Position numbers and translations under genes: made by a program. The notes below the pieces were generated by a model. The model made no database searches. It was not told where the DNA came from and saw nothing but the letters and a program-made list of their open reading frames with translations. From positions 124,001-188,000 of the forward strand of contig KZ538020.1 in assembly GCA_000934665.2 (NCBI GenBank): a stretch of 64,000 bases of DNA, read 5' to 3'. This stretch comes from Catajapyx aquilonaris. Taxonomy: Eukaryota. The number at the start of each line of letters is the position of its first letter. Within the stretch, counting starts at the first letter, position 1. Positions 51,001 through 64,000 of this stretch are shown here, piece by piece.

Positions 51001-54000
51001 AATTTGGGCAAAGGAGAAGCGCATACATATATCGTCCCCCCCCCCCCCTCTTCCAGCCCCCCGCTCCTTCCTCTGCCTTCCCCCTCCAGATCGTCTTGGT
51101 TCATGTCTGTTTCACCGAATCACATTACGTCGAATTGCATCATGGCAATATTGATGACATCTGCGAATTTGCTTGTGAGCAGCGCAATTGCATGAGTAGG
51201 GCTGGGAAAATTAATTAGTTTGATGTATCCACCTACATATAATGAGTGCCGATAAGTATGTGAAATGCAATTTGTATATAACAACCGGATCCGGTGTAGA
51301 TTTTATTTCGATCTGATCCCACTTCTTTTCTTTCCGTCTCGTATTTACATTTTCTATAACCACTTCGGCGAAACGGTATTCGGCCAAGCGGAAGCACACC
51401 GTTCGTCTTTTCCGACCTTTAAAGCAAACGCCGGCAGGAATGGAAAATTTTCCTCCCCATATTAAATGACTCGACCGCTAGACGAAATGAAAGTCATATT
51501 TCATCTTCGGTTTTATCAGTAAAAATTCCCTTCCATTAGATGTTCTGCCTAATTTGACATCCCGCCCGAGCAGTATTATGCCGAATAGGCTCCGATGACA
51601 CGGCTAATCAATCATCGGCTTTCATTAATCAAGCATGAAATTTGCGAGTCGATAACAGAAATAACTTTACATTCTTCTTCCCAAATCCCCAGTTTAGAGC
51701 GTGGGCCCGAGATAAGGCCGCTCCCTGGCACTTATTCCAATTTAACGGGGGCGTCCTATTCGGCGTTATTATTAATCTTGATCAGAGGAATAGACGGGAC
51801 TTTGGGTGATCGGCGGGTTTCACCTCCCCCTTCCATCCTCCCGGGTGATGGATACCAACCCAACAATCTAGACCAACTTTTTACGAAAGTTCAGCTCCTT
51901 GGAATTTTTAGGGTGGGACCTAGAAAGTGGGTATATATGTGATGTGTAGTATGTGTTAAAAATTATAACTAATGAGCTGACATATGTGGACAATATGTGG
52001 CAAATTAGTAGTTGCGCGCGCACCCCCACCTCGCAGGGACATCGTTTTTGAAACATATGAGAACTCGCTGCGAGTTCGCATTTTGCGATGTACAGCCTAG
52101 CCAGGTCGCAATTTGCGAGGTCTTGTGACCTCGCCACGAGGTCGGGAGATTTTTAGTAAGGGTAACTCCAAAGGTTGGTACGAGTGTTTTTTTTTCCATG
52201 GGCAAGTGGGCCAAACCACAGACAAAAAGGCATTTTTCCTTGGCTCTTTTTTGGGGGGAGGAAATGGGCTCACGTAACCTGCTTGGAATGCATAGCTTTG
52301 GAAGAGAGAGGGAGGGAAGGGGGGAGGGAGAGGCAGTTTTTGTTGCGTCCCCTGAGCATGTCACTCCTTCTCCCACAAGATTCATCATTGGGCTTACCAA
52401 TCCCGCTTTGCGTATCTGTTCGGATATAGTCGAATGTTGCGGAGGGAACGATTATGGAGGGAGGGAGGACAATCTAGTCGCCCCCTCTCCCCACTCGTAC
52501 TTTCAACCGTCCTTCTCTCCCTCCCCGTTTGCACGACTGGATCAAGCTGACGGATTTAGATGGATGGATCCCAAGGAGGGCCCAAGCCCGAATTTACTTC
52601 TCTGCTCTCCCAAATTGGCCTTTGCTAAGATTAATGAAAAATGTAGCCACGCAGAAACCACACCGAGTTTTTTCCCCCCCTCTTTTCCCCAAGCGCACCT
52701 TAACATTACCCTCAATAACCCAGTTCACCGACGAAATGGAGTATCGAAGTGGTCGAATCACTGGATTCTCCGATCACTGATCATCATTTGGGTGGTAAAA
52801 AAAAAAGTGGATGAAATGCGGTGGAAAAGCATCGCAACATGTAGGGACCTCTTTGTGTGGCAGGTAATAAATGCTGAGATTTGTCAAGGGACGTTCTGAA
52901 AAATGAGATTGTTCGGGCTATTTTTGTGCTCCGTCATCGGTTTGACATATTTGAATTGGAATCATCCAAGACCAATCAAGAAAGAATTACAGGAGCTGCG
53001 GGAGGTCAATATGCATTATGGGGAATCCATCAAGAACAGAAATGGTTTGGATTTGGTACTTTGACTTTTTCAAATACTGGCTGGGGCTGACATCCTTGTT
53101 CGACGCCAATCTTTGCATAGTCGTTAAATTAACATTGTAATATCAAGCGAGGTATGTGAAATATTTGCCTGACATTTCAGCTGTATGGTTGTAATGGAGG
53201 CTGTTAAATCATTAATATGTGGTGAATATTCCCCCCCCCCACTTTACCCCTGTAAAGTATGCAGTGTGGTGTGCTAGCCTGGCATGTAGGCTGCGTAACA
53301 TCAGGATGGAAATTAGGAACTTTGGCCGTGTCCAGTGCATTTTGTGAATTTGTAATAAATGCGGATGCTACGTGACATTCAATATTCTGGAAGCTTCAAA
53401 GCAATGGTCATGGCGCGCCAAATGCCCTCCCTGTTCATGTTTTGACAATTTTTTAAAGGCTTTTTTGACTTTCATTTTCGGTAGCAACCGATACTCGGCT
53501 CTACACGTAAATAAACACGTTCACGTACTGCTGCCTGACCCAGCAAACCCCCTCCATTTCCAAATGCAAGTACACAACATGCATGCACACATCCCCTCAT
53601 ATCTCCTGATGTTTGTCGCTATACAAGCTGTCAATTAAGGCAATGCGCCAGCGAGGGGTCGTGGCCGATCAAAGCTTCCAAAAACATATTTGCAGGGATT
53701 TCCAATTGTTTCCACAGTGGCGGGAAAGAGAGAAAAGTGTTATCGTGGTCTGGTGCACGACTTTGTGCCTAATTAAACGCTCTGTTTGAACACAGCGCCC
53801 AAGAAGCCGGCTTCATATAACAGGACTATCCGTGTAATGGCATTAATACTGGCCGCTGAGACTGATAGCATTTGACAACGTTAATCATGAGGGGGTTGGG
53901 CGTTGGGTAGGAGGTAGGGGGGGGGGATCCATACGTGTGTATAAAACGCATTGCACCGGTATATAATATTATTCCGCCGCTGAAACATTGAACAGTCGTA

Positions 54001-55754
54001 ATGCAGGAGCTGTGTTTGCTCGGCGCTTTCACCTGAGGGCTCGGCCTGTGCTTGCTCGTCCGGAGATAATGATGATATCCAAAGGGAAAAAAACACGCGG
54101 AACTTGTTTAAATCTACAGATTGATCCTGGTATGAAAAACAGTTTTGCGGCAACCGAGTCCTTTCCTTTATTATCTGGCAAATCTACCTGCCAGCCATCC
54201 GGGTCCATTATGACGGCCGTGCCCAGCAGCCAGGCTTTCGACATGGGAAATTGACGCTAATAAACTTCCTCTGCCTGATGTTGCCTATGCAGCTTCAACC
54301 CCCCCCCCCCCCCCTTCCAACTACTCCCCTCCATATACCCCCACCTCATGTTACTTTTGCTGCTGCTGGTGCTGCCAACCAACCCTGCTGTATCCTACCT
54401 GATTAGGGTTCGCCTCACGTCTGATTTGTCTGTCTGTCTAGTTGCTTCTATCCCCCTCTATATGGGAGGCCGCATATCTTGAAGGATGCTGCTGTCTCCC
54501 CCAATGCATCATGTAGATATCGCCATCAATTTGCTGCACCCACTTTTCACTCGGATTTCATCCCTCCACCCCACCCCACCCATCTTCCACTAAAGGTCGG
54601 TAGGAATGTCTTTGGAGACGAGGGAAATCATACAATGTCATTCGTTCTTAAGGATATCCTCCAGCGAAGGTGGAGTTATTACTTTGGTGTAATTTATGGG
54701 CGGCTTATAGCTGTAGATCAGTATTGTTCCGCTGGGTTCGCTCTGAACGTCCTCTCTGCTGAAGACGTGGTCATTGTAAACGTGATGTCATTTGTCGACC
54801 AAATATGAATGTGTTTAAGACTGCAGCCTGCATGACCTGTGAAAGCTTTGTTGAAGTTGTAGCTATTTTATGGAAGTTAACGCCTATACAGTTTTTTATT
54901 ACAAGAATTTACGTCATCAGAGACATATCGGCTAGTAGTTGGTCGTCGTGAAGTGCTCCGAGCCAGTGCACCGTGGGGCTTGCCTTTATGACAGATTCAT
55001 TGAAAGTACTGGAGCATTTGAAACGTATCAGTGTTTGGCAGGGGTTCGTTTGTAACTGCACCCATGGTTATTAGTTATTACTATAAACCTTATTTTTAAG
55101 CAATAAAAAGCGTGAAATAGGCAAGCAAAAGGGGCAATAAAACAGAAATAGGCACTTAAATAGGAAATTATCTTTCCGCATTAGTTCGCTGACACTGCAT
55201 TATTCCAACGATAATTCATTAACCTCTAAACTGTTTTTGGCAAAAGTTTCGCTAGTTAAAGCATCGGGGATATAGTAAGAGTCCCACTTATTAATCAGTA
55301 TTAATTATTGCGGCGGGAATGAACTTTCCAACTGTTGCGTCACAATAAAACTGAGATATCAACCGATTCAATCGTGCACTCGTGATTTCCTCCGCCACTT
55401 GCACAGGTTGACTTAAATTAAGGTGAGCCTATAGATGCCAGCTTTGAGTTGTGACTGAAAATTGCAAACTCTAAAGATCCATAATAGAGTAGCAAACACT
55501 TCAGGGCAAGTCGTGAAGGAGGATCTCCTTTATAGTAGAGAGATTAGAGTTTTCATACCATCCTCTAACAAGCCGGGATTGGTCTTGAATTTTGAAAGTG
55601 CTGTCTCATCATATGTTTGAAGGGACAAAAACCAGCAGTGGTTGATTCTGAGAGTGACAGGGTGTCACTTGAACAATTTTTACACGCCTGTGCCTAATAT
55701 TTTTGCATTTCATTGTGGTCATTGCTTATACCTATATATGAGCTGGAAACGTAA

Positions 55755-55808
55755 GCACGGGGATCGAACTCCGAACTTCAGAAGCGGAACCCCAGCACCA
55801 CCGCCCCA
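55755..55808 (-). mobile_element. Degenerate tRNA-like SINE head fragment
   Basis: Minus strand GGGGCGGTGGTGCTGGGG...GAGTTCGATCCCC resembles the family C head. Confidence 0.35.
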
Positions 55809-58343
55809 TTGTTTAATTATTGTGTACGCTCCTTTCTCTGGAACAATAAGCCGCGATCCAATACAAAGTTTTAAAAAGTGCTATTCAGATGAATCCTTGA
55901 GTCAGATTAGGGCGCCTACTTTTAATACAAAAAGCATCCTAATGCGACGTATATATCGTAAGGAGGCACATAATTTTGGTGCCCGGGGTCCTATAGTTGC
56001 ACTTTTTTTTCCCCCTCTTCCTCTGGTAAAATCCGGAGCCGAGTTTTTTCCCTCCCTTTCTCCTTTCTCTCCGGATGATTGCTGCATGCCGCTTGCTGCT
56101 GATATCCGTCTGCGTTAATTAGACGTATTTTAATGTCGATTTACTGCTAATGAGGCGGGGCTGGGGGTATGGATCACTCGGGGAGAAAGAGAGAGGGCGC
56201 TTGTTTTCCTTTGCTGCCTCCCATTTCAATTTTTGTAGACAAAACTCCCCATCGTCGGCCAGGAGCTATAAAGGCGGCGAGTAATCAAATATTTTGCATA
56301 CGAATCGCCGCGATAACGACGAGCGGCATGAATTTTTACCCATCGTGCAGACAGATATACGGCTGCTGCGAATCTTGCCAACCGGCAGCCTTTGCGAAAA
56401 AAAGAGATAGAAAAAAAAGAGAATCAAAGGCAACAAATCTCCTCCAGGCCTAATGATCTCCCAAATGAAATGGTATACGGACATACACTCACGGGGTTTT
56501 CTGAAAGTGCACAAGTCGTCATAATTGTCGGGTGTTGATGACTGTGTGGATCTGTGCGGAATCTAGCTGGTTTTTTTTAGAGAGATGCGTATATATGTCT
56601 GATTACAGCGCATTGCAGTCTATTTTGGGCCTCAAATGTGGGACAAAAACTCCTCATGAATTTAAGGAGGATCAGTTTCATGAGGTGCATACCTTCTGAT
56701 GAACACGGATGTTGTGTATGTCATATGCCAACTTGTCACCGTCAAAGTTCATCAACAATGCGGTCATTGAATTAATTAATACTAGTGAACCCGTTGCCAA
56801 AATTTGGCAAACCCTGTAAATCGTATTGCAATGACAATCAGATAACTTTAATGAGAAGGCCCGCCGATTTGCCACATAGTACGATTCTTCACTCATAGAT
56901 GGCGCATACTCCCTCTGAACACTCAGGCCGCGCGAGAGATAGCGATACTATCAGTACTTTTAACGTTAGAAAACCATTGCAATTGTTCAAATCGAATTTA
57001 TAGTTACCTTCATGGCATAAAACTGAGTAAAGTAGAGTTTCGGGGTAGTTCAACTAATTGAATATAGTTCTGTTGCTTAAATAAATATGAGTAGATGATG
57101 AGCTGACGCAGGGCCTTAATGGCCAGGTCGTCGTATCTCTGACACAGATACTATCAGTACGGACAAACATCCGACGGAGATAATAAGCCTCTTAGGTGAA
57201 AAATATTTGAAATATTCTAGTAGCTCCCAGTATGTCTATCATGGAATGATCTTTAATGAAGATTTTTAAATTATTTTTTAAAATCATTTTGGTCATATAG
57301 TTTTTCATTAATTTTTGATAGATTTCCTAACGATTTGGTCGTGGCAAATGAAGGAATCACCATTTCTATTTTGGGCGAGTAGGTGTTTAATTGTGGAGAG
57401 ACGTGATTGACGAGGCTGCAAATGGGGCGAGTGTGTGGTGAGTGACGAAAGTATGTGTGTGGGCATGAATGGCCACGCGGTGTTGGCGATAGTCAATGGA
57501 CCTGACGTCACTGACCGTGACGGGAATTGACGCTTGGACGGCAGCTCATCATTTGGGGAAGCCAGATAATTGCTTCTACTCTCCCACCCTTGTTTTTTTT
57601 TTTTGAGGTTTTCCTGTCCAGCAGATCAGGCCGGATAGAGTTTGCAAAAAAAGCAAACGTACCTACGTGCTTTTGTTTCCTAACATCTTCCTGTACTGCC
57701 TGCCTCCCCTTCTCCGGCGGGGGAAAAAGGGATTTTGGGGACGGTCTGAAGAATGGGCGAATGGCTGCTGGGGCGGTGGGGCGGTAGGGGAGGAGTTAGC
57801 GGAGATACACTAGGACGCATCCTTAATTAAGAGAGGCGTCCGTCGCCCTGCATGGAAGGGGTAATTATAAAAATTCGTTAATATCTGCTGCTGTGCGGCG
57901 GGCGCGCCTTTTCTCTCTCCCGCCCTCCCCCTCCCTTCCCTCTTTCTCTTTTCTGGCTGAAAAGGGGGGTCCTGGGAATTAAGAAGGACCGGAAGTGATA
58001 AAGCAGACCGGCGGGGGCTCTTCCTCCTTCCGCAGGCCCTGCTCTTCTTCCGTCTCTTGTTCCGCACTCACTAGGTCTGCTTTGTTGCCGCTCGATTTAT
58101 GCGTACTACTCGTCTGCAGTTGCATGGCCGATGGTATGTCATCATTAGGTTTGCGTCTTAGGTGAAGTTATCTGAAAGTTGCAATGGAATGTTTAGATTG
58201 GGGGGGGTTCTGAGGTGCTGCTGCGTCTTGATTGCGATGTTGGGCTTGCTAGTAAACACTCTTGGATTGGGAGGGTGGTATGCTTCTCATTGGGACAGAC
58301 GACGGACATTCAAGTTTGAGAGCGTATAAAAATATTGAGATAC

Positions 58344-58472
58344 TGGTGGCCGAGACGGTAACGTCTCAGCTTGCTGTGCGGAAGGTCCCGGGTTCCATCC
58401 CCGCCAGGGATTTTCCTTTCGCCTGCGTCAGTGGGTCTCTGATTCGAGCCTAGGAGGCGTCTTGGCAACCTA
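58344..58472 (+). mobile_element. tRNA-derived SINE family A, 5' portion
   Basis: TGGTGGCCGAGACGGTAACGTCTCAGCTTGCTGTGCGGAAGGTCCCGGGTTCCATCC... aligns by eye with the head of 8861-9213 through TGGCAACCTA. Confidence 0.85.
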
Positions 58473-60191
58473 GTAAGAATCCACACGGACATGGAGAGAA
58501 TTCGTCGAAACTATTTCTACATGAGAAAATTCCGAATATTGAATGAGAATATTGTTTGATTCATTGTTGCCTTCGGGTTGACTGCTGAATGTGTAACTTC
58601 GGGTGAAGGTTTTTCTTTGCTGTTAATTGTAGGTTAGTTGGTTGCCAGCAATCAATAACAACTATAAAATTTTAATCGATGGTATGTGTTACTTATGCCT
58701 TTTAATGGTTCTTATTCGCACATCACCTTTCCTGGACAAGATAATTGCCTTCGTGAAAATGCAGAACCAGCTGCGCTGTAACGCGAAGTCAGCTCTTGGC
58801 TATGCCTTTTAGAATAGCAGGACATATTCCGACAGCCCTCCCGCTGCTTAATACTTTACCGACGTCCATGAACCTTTTTCCTTTTTTAAATGTGGAGTAT
58901 TTTTTCGGTCGGAAATGGAAGCATACACGCCCATGGGTGGAGCTCCCATTAGTCTTTTAAAGGGCGCATCGGGAATCGTTCGTTGTGTCATGTCGGCCAC
59001 GCACATCCTATGTGTAACAAATTAACAGCTTTTCTGCGCGCCCATCGGTCTAATTACTTGTGGGCGCATTTCCTAGATAGGCGGCGGCGACGACGTCGGC
59101 GCGTCATCCAGTGCAGCCCTGTACTTGGGTTGATGAAGCCCGGCGACGAAAGTTTATCTGACTTTCCAAAGGCAAAACATTTCCACCAGAGAGAGAAAGG
59201 GGGGGCTTATTTTGCGCGGGGTTTTAAGGTACCCCGGCCCGTTCAACCAGGGCGCGAAGAGTGTCAGAATGGCAAAGTGAGCGGCTTGAGAAGACGAAGC
59301 TGCCAAAGTTGGCCCCTTCTTCCAAGGGGGAAAGATGATTTAGAGTTCGAAATGGTGAGATGTCGTGATTGCGGTCGTTTGGGCGGAGGTCCCCAGGGGG
59401 TCCTCCCAGAATCCTTTGCGGCGGAATCCTAGCTGCAGCCATCTGGCGTGCGCCCGCCCAATACAAGGAGCATTCGATATGGAAGCCTGCAGGCGGGGGG
59501 TCTTCTCAACAGCCCCCCGATGCCAGCCTACCCCTTATTTATGACTTGTTACTTGCCATCCCATCCCCCTCTCATTTGCATGTTGGGTTTCAATCCGCGG
59601 GCTGAACGGGACACCTACGGCGCCAACTTGGGTGGAATATGCCACTATCTCTCCTCCCCTTTTCCGCACTTCAAAACGACCTACCCACCTCATCCAACCA
59701 ACCATCCTCACCTTCTATACTGTATATTTCATACTAACACTGCCATATGTTTATTTATTTTAAAGGTGATTTTTTTTCGCACAAAAATTTGTAGTTACCA
59801 ACTGCACATTCTGGCATATTAATCCAGGCTCGATCCGAAACTGATTGAAGGCAACAATGCAAAATTGATCTGAGCTGCCCATGTTTATATGCAAGGTGTT
59901 TGGGGAATGGAGCCTTGATCTTCCGTTCGGCATGTGAGCTGCTGCTGGTGGGAAACCATTGCTGGGGAGTGGCTGCTCCTTAATTTCCTCGCAATGAATG
60001 CAAAGGGAAGCAGAAGAAATGCTGGACGATTGAAATTTTAATTTAGGAAGCGAGCGGCAAGCGGAGAACGCGGGATGGTAATTAAATTAATGCTTCAAAT
60101 GGGAGGTATTGGATTTGTCTTATTTGGCGACAGAGGAAGAGATGATGGGCAGATGCACTCTAATATGCACTGTAAATGGGACAAAGCTGTA

Positions 60192-60322
<131 letters not shown>

Positions 60323-63300
60323 GGTGATTTGATGGCCCCGCCTTTTCATTATCTGTAGGCCACGTTTGAAACATTTGGGAAAGCATTCATTCGTGTTGGT
60401 GTCGTGTCCAATGTGGCGTGGCATGTAAACTGAGGAATTTCATTTCCGTAACTAAATATTGGCCTATATGGGCTGGACCATCGACACGCAACTGAATAAC
60501 AAAACCTGTGGAATTCATCCTTTCAACAACAGTTTTCTGTCACACTGTCACATTTGCAACGCCCGCTGAATTCCTTTGGAGCAGTAGGGGTGTTGGATAG
60601 ATCAGGGAAAAGTTTTCTAATAACTTAATTTCGTTCTTGATATTTCTCACCTGGAATTCAGTGTGGTTTTACCGGTTCTGAAAGAATATCGATATCAAAA
60701 TATCGCCAACACTGATTTTTTGTTTTATCCACGATCCAAGTGTTTGCCTATTTTGGTTAGGTTTACAAGTGAGAGGAGCGGGCATGATTGGGGCAGCAGA
60801 AAGTGAAGAAAGTAAACTAAAGATTTGGGAAAGGTGAGCAAATAAACTTTTTCCCGAAGCATGCAACGTCATTCCTGCTGAGGATAGGACAGTTCTTAAT
60901 GTGCCTAATCACCTCCTCTGGTGCAGCAGCAGATGCTTATTGAAAGCAACCGAGCAGAGTGTATATAGGGTGGTAGTGTAGTCGCAAGAAGAAGTGTTGG
61001 GGAGGTTGTAGACGACGTGAGGCAAGCTCCATCGGGCCAAGCAGTAGATGAATCAGTGGAACAATGGAGTCGCTCGGGGAGGATTTGAATGGGGGCTAAT
61101 CCTGGCTCGGAGCAAGCGAATAAATAGGCAGGCCTGCAGTTGTGTCCATTGGTCAGCTAGAAGCAAATGGCGGGGCTGCCGCTGTCTTTGTGAGCGTGGT
61201 GAGTCGCCATAAATAATCAGGTTCCTTCATTGGGCAAAGTTTGGCCGGTTCCTCTTTCTCCTCCTCTTCCTCGGCGCCGCTATTCTAATTGACAAAAGTG
61301 GAAGCGGAGGCCAATCCATCGCGCGCGTAATGAGGATGATTTTCCCTCTCTCATGCTCATGTAGTACCAGCGACCGTCTTTTGTCTCCCGCAAGGCCTGA
61401 TGGGAAGTTTCCGGACCCCCTGCCGCGACCCCTATCCCGGACGCCTTTGTGCTTTCCTTTTGTTCGCCCCCCGGACACATATTTTTATGCGGGGTAATTG
61501 CGATCGCCGCCGCCTCCACTACAGATATATTATTATGTTCCTCCCTCCACACTCCTCCCACCAACCAAGAGAAGCAGCCTCTCTCTCACTTTTTTTGATT
61601 TTTTATCAACCCTCCCGACGACGCCTTTCGTGTCTTCCCAGCGTAAATCCCCCTCCGGCTTTGCATCATTTTTGATGAGCCCATCGGCATCTTGTTTGCA
61701 AACGGGCCGCAGAATCATGAGAGGGAGAATTTTCTTCAGGCATGTTATATTGTCTCCTGACCATTGGATTCCTCACGGCTCATCTCTCACGTACACTCAG
61801 TGGAAGGAACACAAACTGCTCCACTGTTCAACCGATTTCCTCTCATGAAAATCTGATCTTCGACATTCGAACCCACTAAATGATGGTAAACTCCAACCGT
61901 CTAGTTATCTACTAATTGTCCAGGTTATATGACATCTCTGCTTGTGGGCCATCTCTTCTTGGGAGGGTGGTCCCTATCATGAGAAGCACTCCTCCCACTC
62001 TGCTCTCCCAAGTGCTGAAGAGCAGTTTCTCAGAGGAAATAAGCGCCTGGGAAGTGTAATGGTGAGGGGTGGTGGAGCCTAGTTTTGTAGTTTTGTGCGG
62101 CCGTACGTTGTCCAGAAGCGAGTTGGGACCATAATGAGCGCAAACGATGTACAGGTGCGGAGAAAGAGGTGGGGAGGTAGTAGGCAGGGTAGGGCCCGTA
62201 TTTCCTGGTGCATGGGATGCAGGCTGGCGCGCCCTCTTGCCGCGATTTATGCCTCAGTTCCTCTGCGCGACTAATTCCAACAACCTATTCATTTCGCCAG
62301 GTGGCCCCTCCGCCGCCATTTGCCCCTTTTTGGTCCTCCATTTGTTGCACCTCCTGCATGCGCCACCCAAGACAAGAGTAATACGTCCGCACTTTTGACC
62401 ATACCCGGCAACGGATGATCATGTTCGCTCATATCAGACCTGCCCCTGGAACAAGATGTGCCCGGGGGCACCACTTAAGATAAGGGCTAGGGGGCGGCGG
62501 GGTTCATTAGCCACGTCTTGACTGATTACGTGCGGGGGTCAGAGTGAGACATTGCATTGTGGGGGAGGTGGCTGGATGAAAAGAAGCGGACTTGTAATGG
62601 GGGATTTGTTCAGCGCACGTACCTGGGCGTAGCCAGGGAAGGGGTGCTGCACGCCAATTTGTGCACTATTTATCTCTACAAATCATCTCCTTTCAACAAC
62701 GTGGCTCAAATGTAGAAAATTGAGGAGAAGGGTTGGTGAGGTCTCACGCTAACTTGATGATTGTGGATGGAAGTATTTTTTATGACTCATATTTCGGGAG
62801 GGTCAATATTGGAGCATGCACCACCTTATAAGCAATAATAATAATTTGTGGTTTTAATTGATAGTTCAGAACAAGCTATATTGTCTACCCCACGTAACCA
62901 TATTCTTGAGAATGTCGTCACGCATAAGTTTAACCGCCTGTTCACCTTATCACACAGTCCGTCACGACACCCTCAAACATCATTTTCCTGTATACCTTTA
63001 CAAGCCATTACACCAGATGACTTACAAGCTTAAGCAGCATTATAATAGGAGTTCTGTTAAATTTATCATTATTGTTTGCTGGATTTGTTTTTTTCCTCTC
63101 ATGATACCGTGCCATACAGCAAACATGGTTCACTTTTTGAAGATATCCTCTTTGCTCTACAAAATAGTCGTCACATGTCCATACCATGCTATGTGGACAT
63201 GGGAATTCTTTATGCGTGAAGCGTTCTTCCGAAGTGTGAGGGAAGGTGTGAAACGTGCTGCTGTGGAGTATACGCCATGGTTTGGTAACTCTGTTGCGGC

Positions 63301-64000
63301 CAAGGCGAGTCTGAGGCAGGGGCTGGCGAAAAAGGGGTGTGGGGGGAGGACTTGTAAAGAGAGAGGGAGAGGGAGGGAGAAAAGGGGAGGGAGAGGAGAG
63401 GGCGAGGGTGGTAAGGGTGGTGGGGAAGGGAAGGGAAAAACGCCTTGATTTACACGCCCACGGTCTTGCTACAAAATGAAGCTATAGCTTAAACGCCGAA
63501 TACGTTTTTCTAAGTGGCGGTTTAATATAGCAGGCTAGTCCCAAACATCTCGGGGCGTGCAGATCATAAATTGCTTAATGCACGTAAGGCAGCACTTTCC
63601 ACCGCTCATTTAAAATGGCTTATCATTAAATGGAGCATAATTTACTGGACGTTTTGATATACAAACAATCTTTAATGAAATTCCTGGTCTTCATTAATAA
63701 CGCATTATCCTCGTAAGGTGAATTACAGCAGCTCCGTAAACGTTTGGTCCGGGATAATTCTAACCCGCCTGACACCGGCAATTAGAAACATGGGGCATTA
63801 TCAAAATACGATACGGAGCACGCAACGCTAATTATAAACCAATGCCCACACCACAAATCTATTGCCCCAAAGCTGCTCCTGAAAACGCGGGCGTCGTTAG
63901 CAGAATTTGAGGCAGACATTTACTTATTTGGCGCAAAGTAATTGATTCCGGCGCGGCCTCAGTGGCCATGAGGCGGAACAGGACGCCAGTTGGTACCTAC

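Noticed and set aside
52198..52899. Longest ORF (233 aa), along with 15630-16271, 62858-63448, 35101-35652 and 48593-49123
   Set aside because: No recognisable domain; composition is driven by purine/pyrimidine tracts, and such lengths arise by chance.

Overview
Gene-poor eukaryotic genomic DNA, probably from a large-genome insect. That is an inference from the insect-like Nup88 N-terminus and the repeat types. Ns next to poly-G/C runs suggest a short-read assembly. The only recognisable coding sequence is the first coding exon of a nucleoporin Nup88 gene (27118-27330, +), behind a GC-box/CCAAT promoter. No further Nup88 exon was recognised in the remaining ~36 kb. A CpG-poor domain (~18.6-31.1 kb, judged by eye) surrounds this promoter on both sides, suggesting a divergent minus-strand transcript. 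That transcript has a plausible exon at 23271-23005 and no long ORF, so it is a candidate lncRNA or 29-aa micropeptide gene. The rest is non-coding: tRNA-derived SINEs (two with TSDs), Tc1/mariner-, pogo-, hAT- and PIF-like MITEs including nested insertions, foldback elements with perfect palindromic cores, micro- and minisatellites and a diverged ~440 bp tandem duplication. I regard the other ORF-track entries as spurious. No new biological system can be established from sequence alone; the best leads are listed as findings.
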